Shown here one piece after another: positions 62,867 to 63,102 of a DNA stretch of 63,102 bases; the first letter of the stretch is position 1; each line of letters starts with the position of its first letter. The notes below the pieces were generated by a model. The model had not been told where the DNA came from. It did not search any database and saw only the letters and a program-made list of their open reading frames with translations. The translations under genes and the position numbers were made by a program. Source of the DNA: a virus. Taxonomy: Duplodnaviria; Caudoviricetes. Location: positions 1 to 63,102 of the IMG/VR virus record IMGVR_UViG_3300031952_000016. One strand, 5' to 3'.

Positions 62867-63102
62867 ATGAAAAACATACACGTATTACCAACTTTACAAG
62901 CAAGTGAATACTTCATTAACAAAGAAGGTATTCTATCAGAAAGTTATTCACTAAAAAGAGGGGGTGCAGTACATTTCTACATCACTTCTGATGAAGAAAT
63001 TAAAGAAGGTGATTGGTTTATTACAGACAAAAACACAATTTGTAAATGTGTTAGAGTAGATTGGAAATATGCTTACTCTATTGAAGCAGGAAGTAGAAGT
63101 AA
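62867..63102 (+). CDS. partial paralog of 541..1305, truncated by the window end
   Basis: MKNIHVLPT...FYITSDEEIKEGDWF; open to the end of the window. Confidence 0.75.
   Translation, partial: MKNIHVLPTLQASEYFINKEGILSESYSLKRGGAVHFYITSDEEIKEGDWFITDKNTICKCVRVDWKYAYSIEAGSRS

Noticed and set aside
1-63102. Prophage or temperate lifestyle
   Set aside because: No integrase, CI-type repressor, partition genes or host genes were recognised; groEL and groES sit in phage context.

Overview
The window is a near-complete genome of a lytic, probably short-tailed dsDNA phage of Bacteroidota (likely Flavobacteria). The host call rests on recurrent TAnnTTTG promoter boxes and AT-rich leaders without Shine-Dalgarno sites. 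The + strand arm (55.8-63.1 kb, continuing into 1-12.3 kb) carries early genes, an amidoligase/glutamine amidotransferase pair, a Sak3-like annealase, an exonuclease, an SSB, a primase-helicase, an SF2 helicase and nucleases; no DNA polymerase was recognised. The - strand arm (12.3-55.3 kb) carries GroEL/GroES, lysis genes, tail fibres, terminase, portal, scaffold, major capsid and tail proteins, and large putative ejection proteins in a crAss-like order. The most unusual observations are: (1) hypervariable small-gene arrays built from near-identical short DNA blocks and shared stop/start junctions, suggesting block-delimited cassette shuffling; (2) five clustered small basic proteins sharing only an R-x(0,1)-D-T-P-L-A-x-S-P-x-P motif, possibly a capsid-targeting tag; (3) a homing endonuclease that split groES and supplies a synonymously recoded replacement 5' end; (4) a ~700 nt structured non-coding region, tRNA-like minihelices, a pseudoknotted RNA and an anticodon-degenerate tRNA; (5) an attC-like site fused to a lipoprotein stop codon; (6) helically phased ATGWCG repeats in one of two origin-like regions. 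All functional calls come from motif recognition by eye; no database searches were run.
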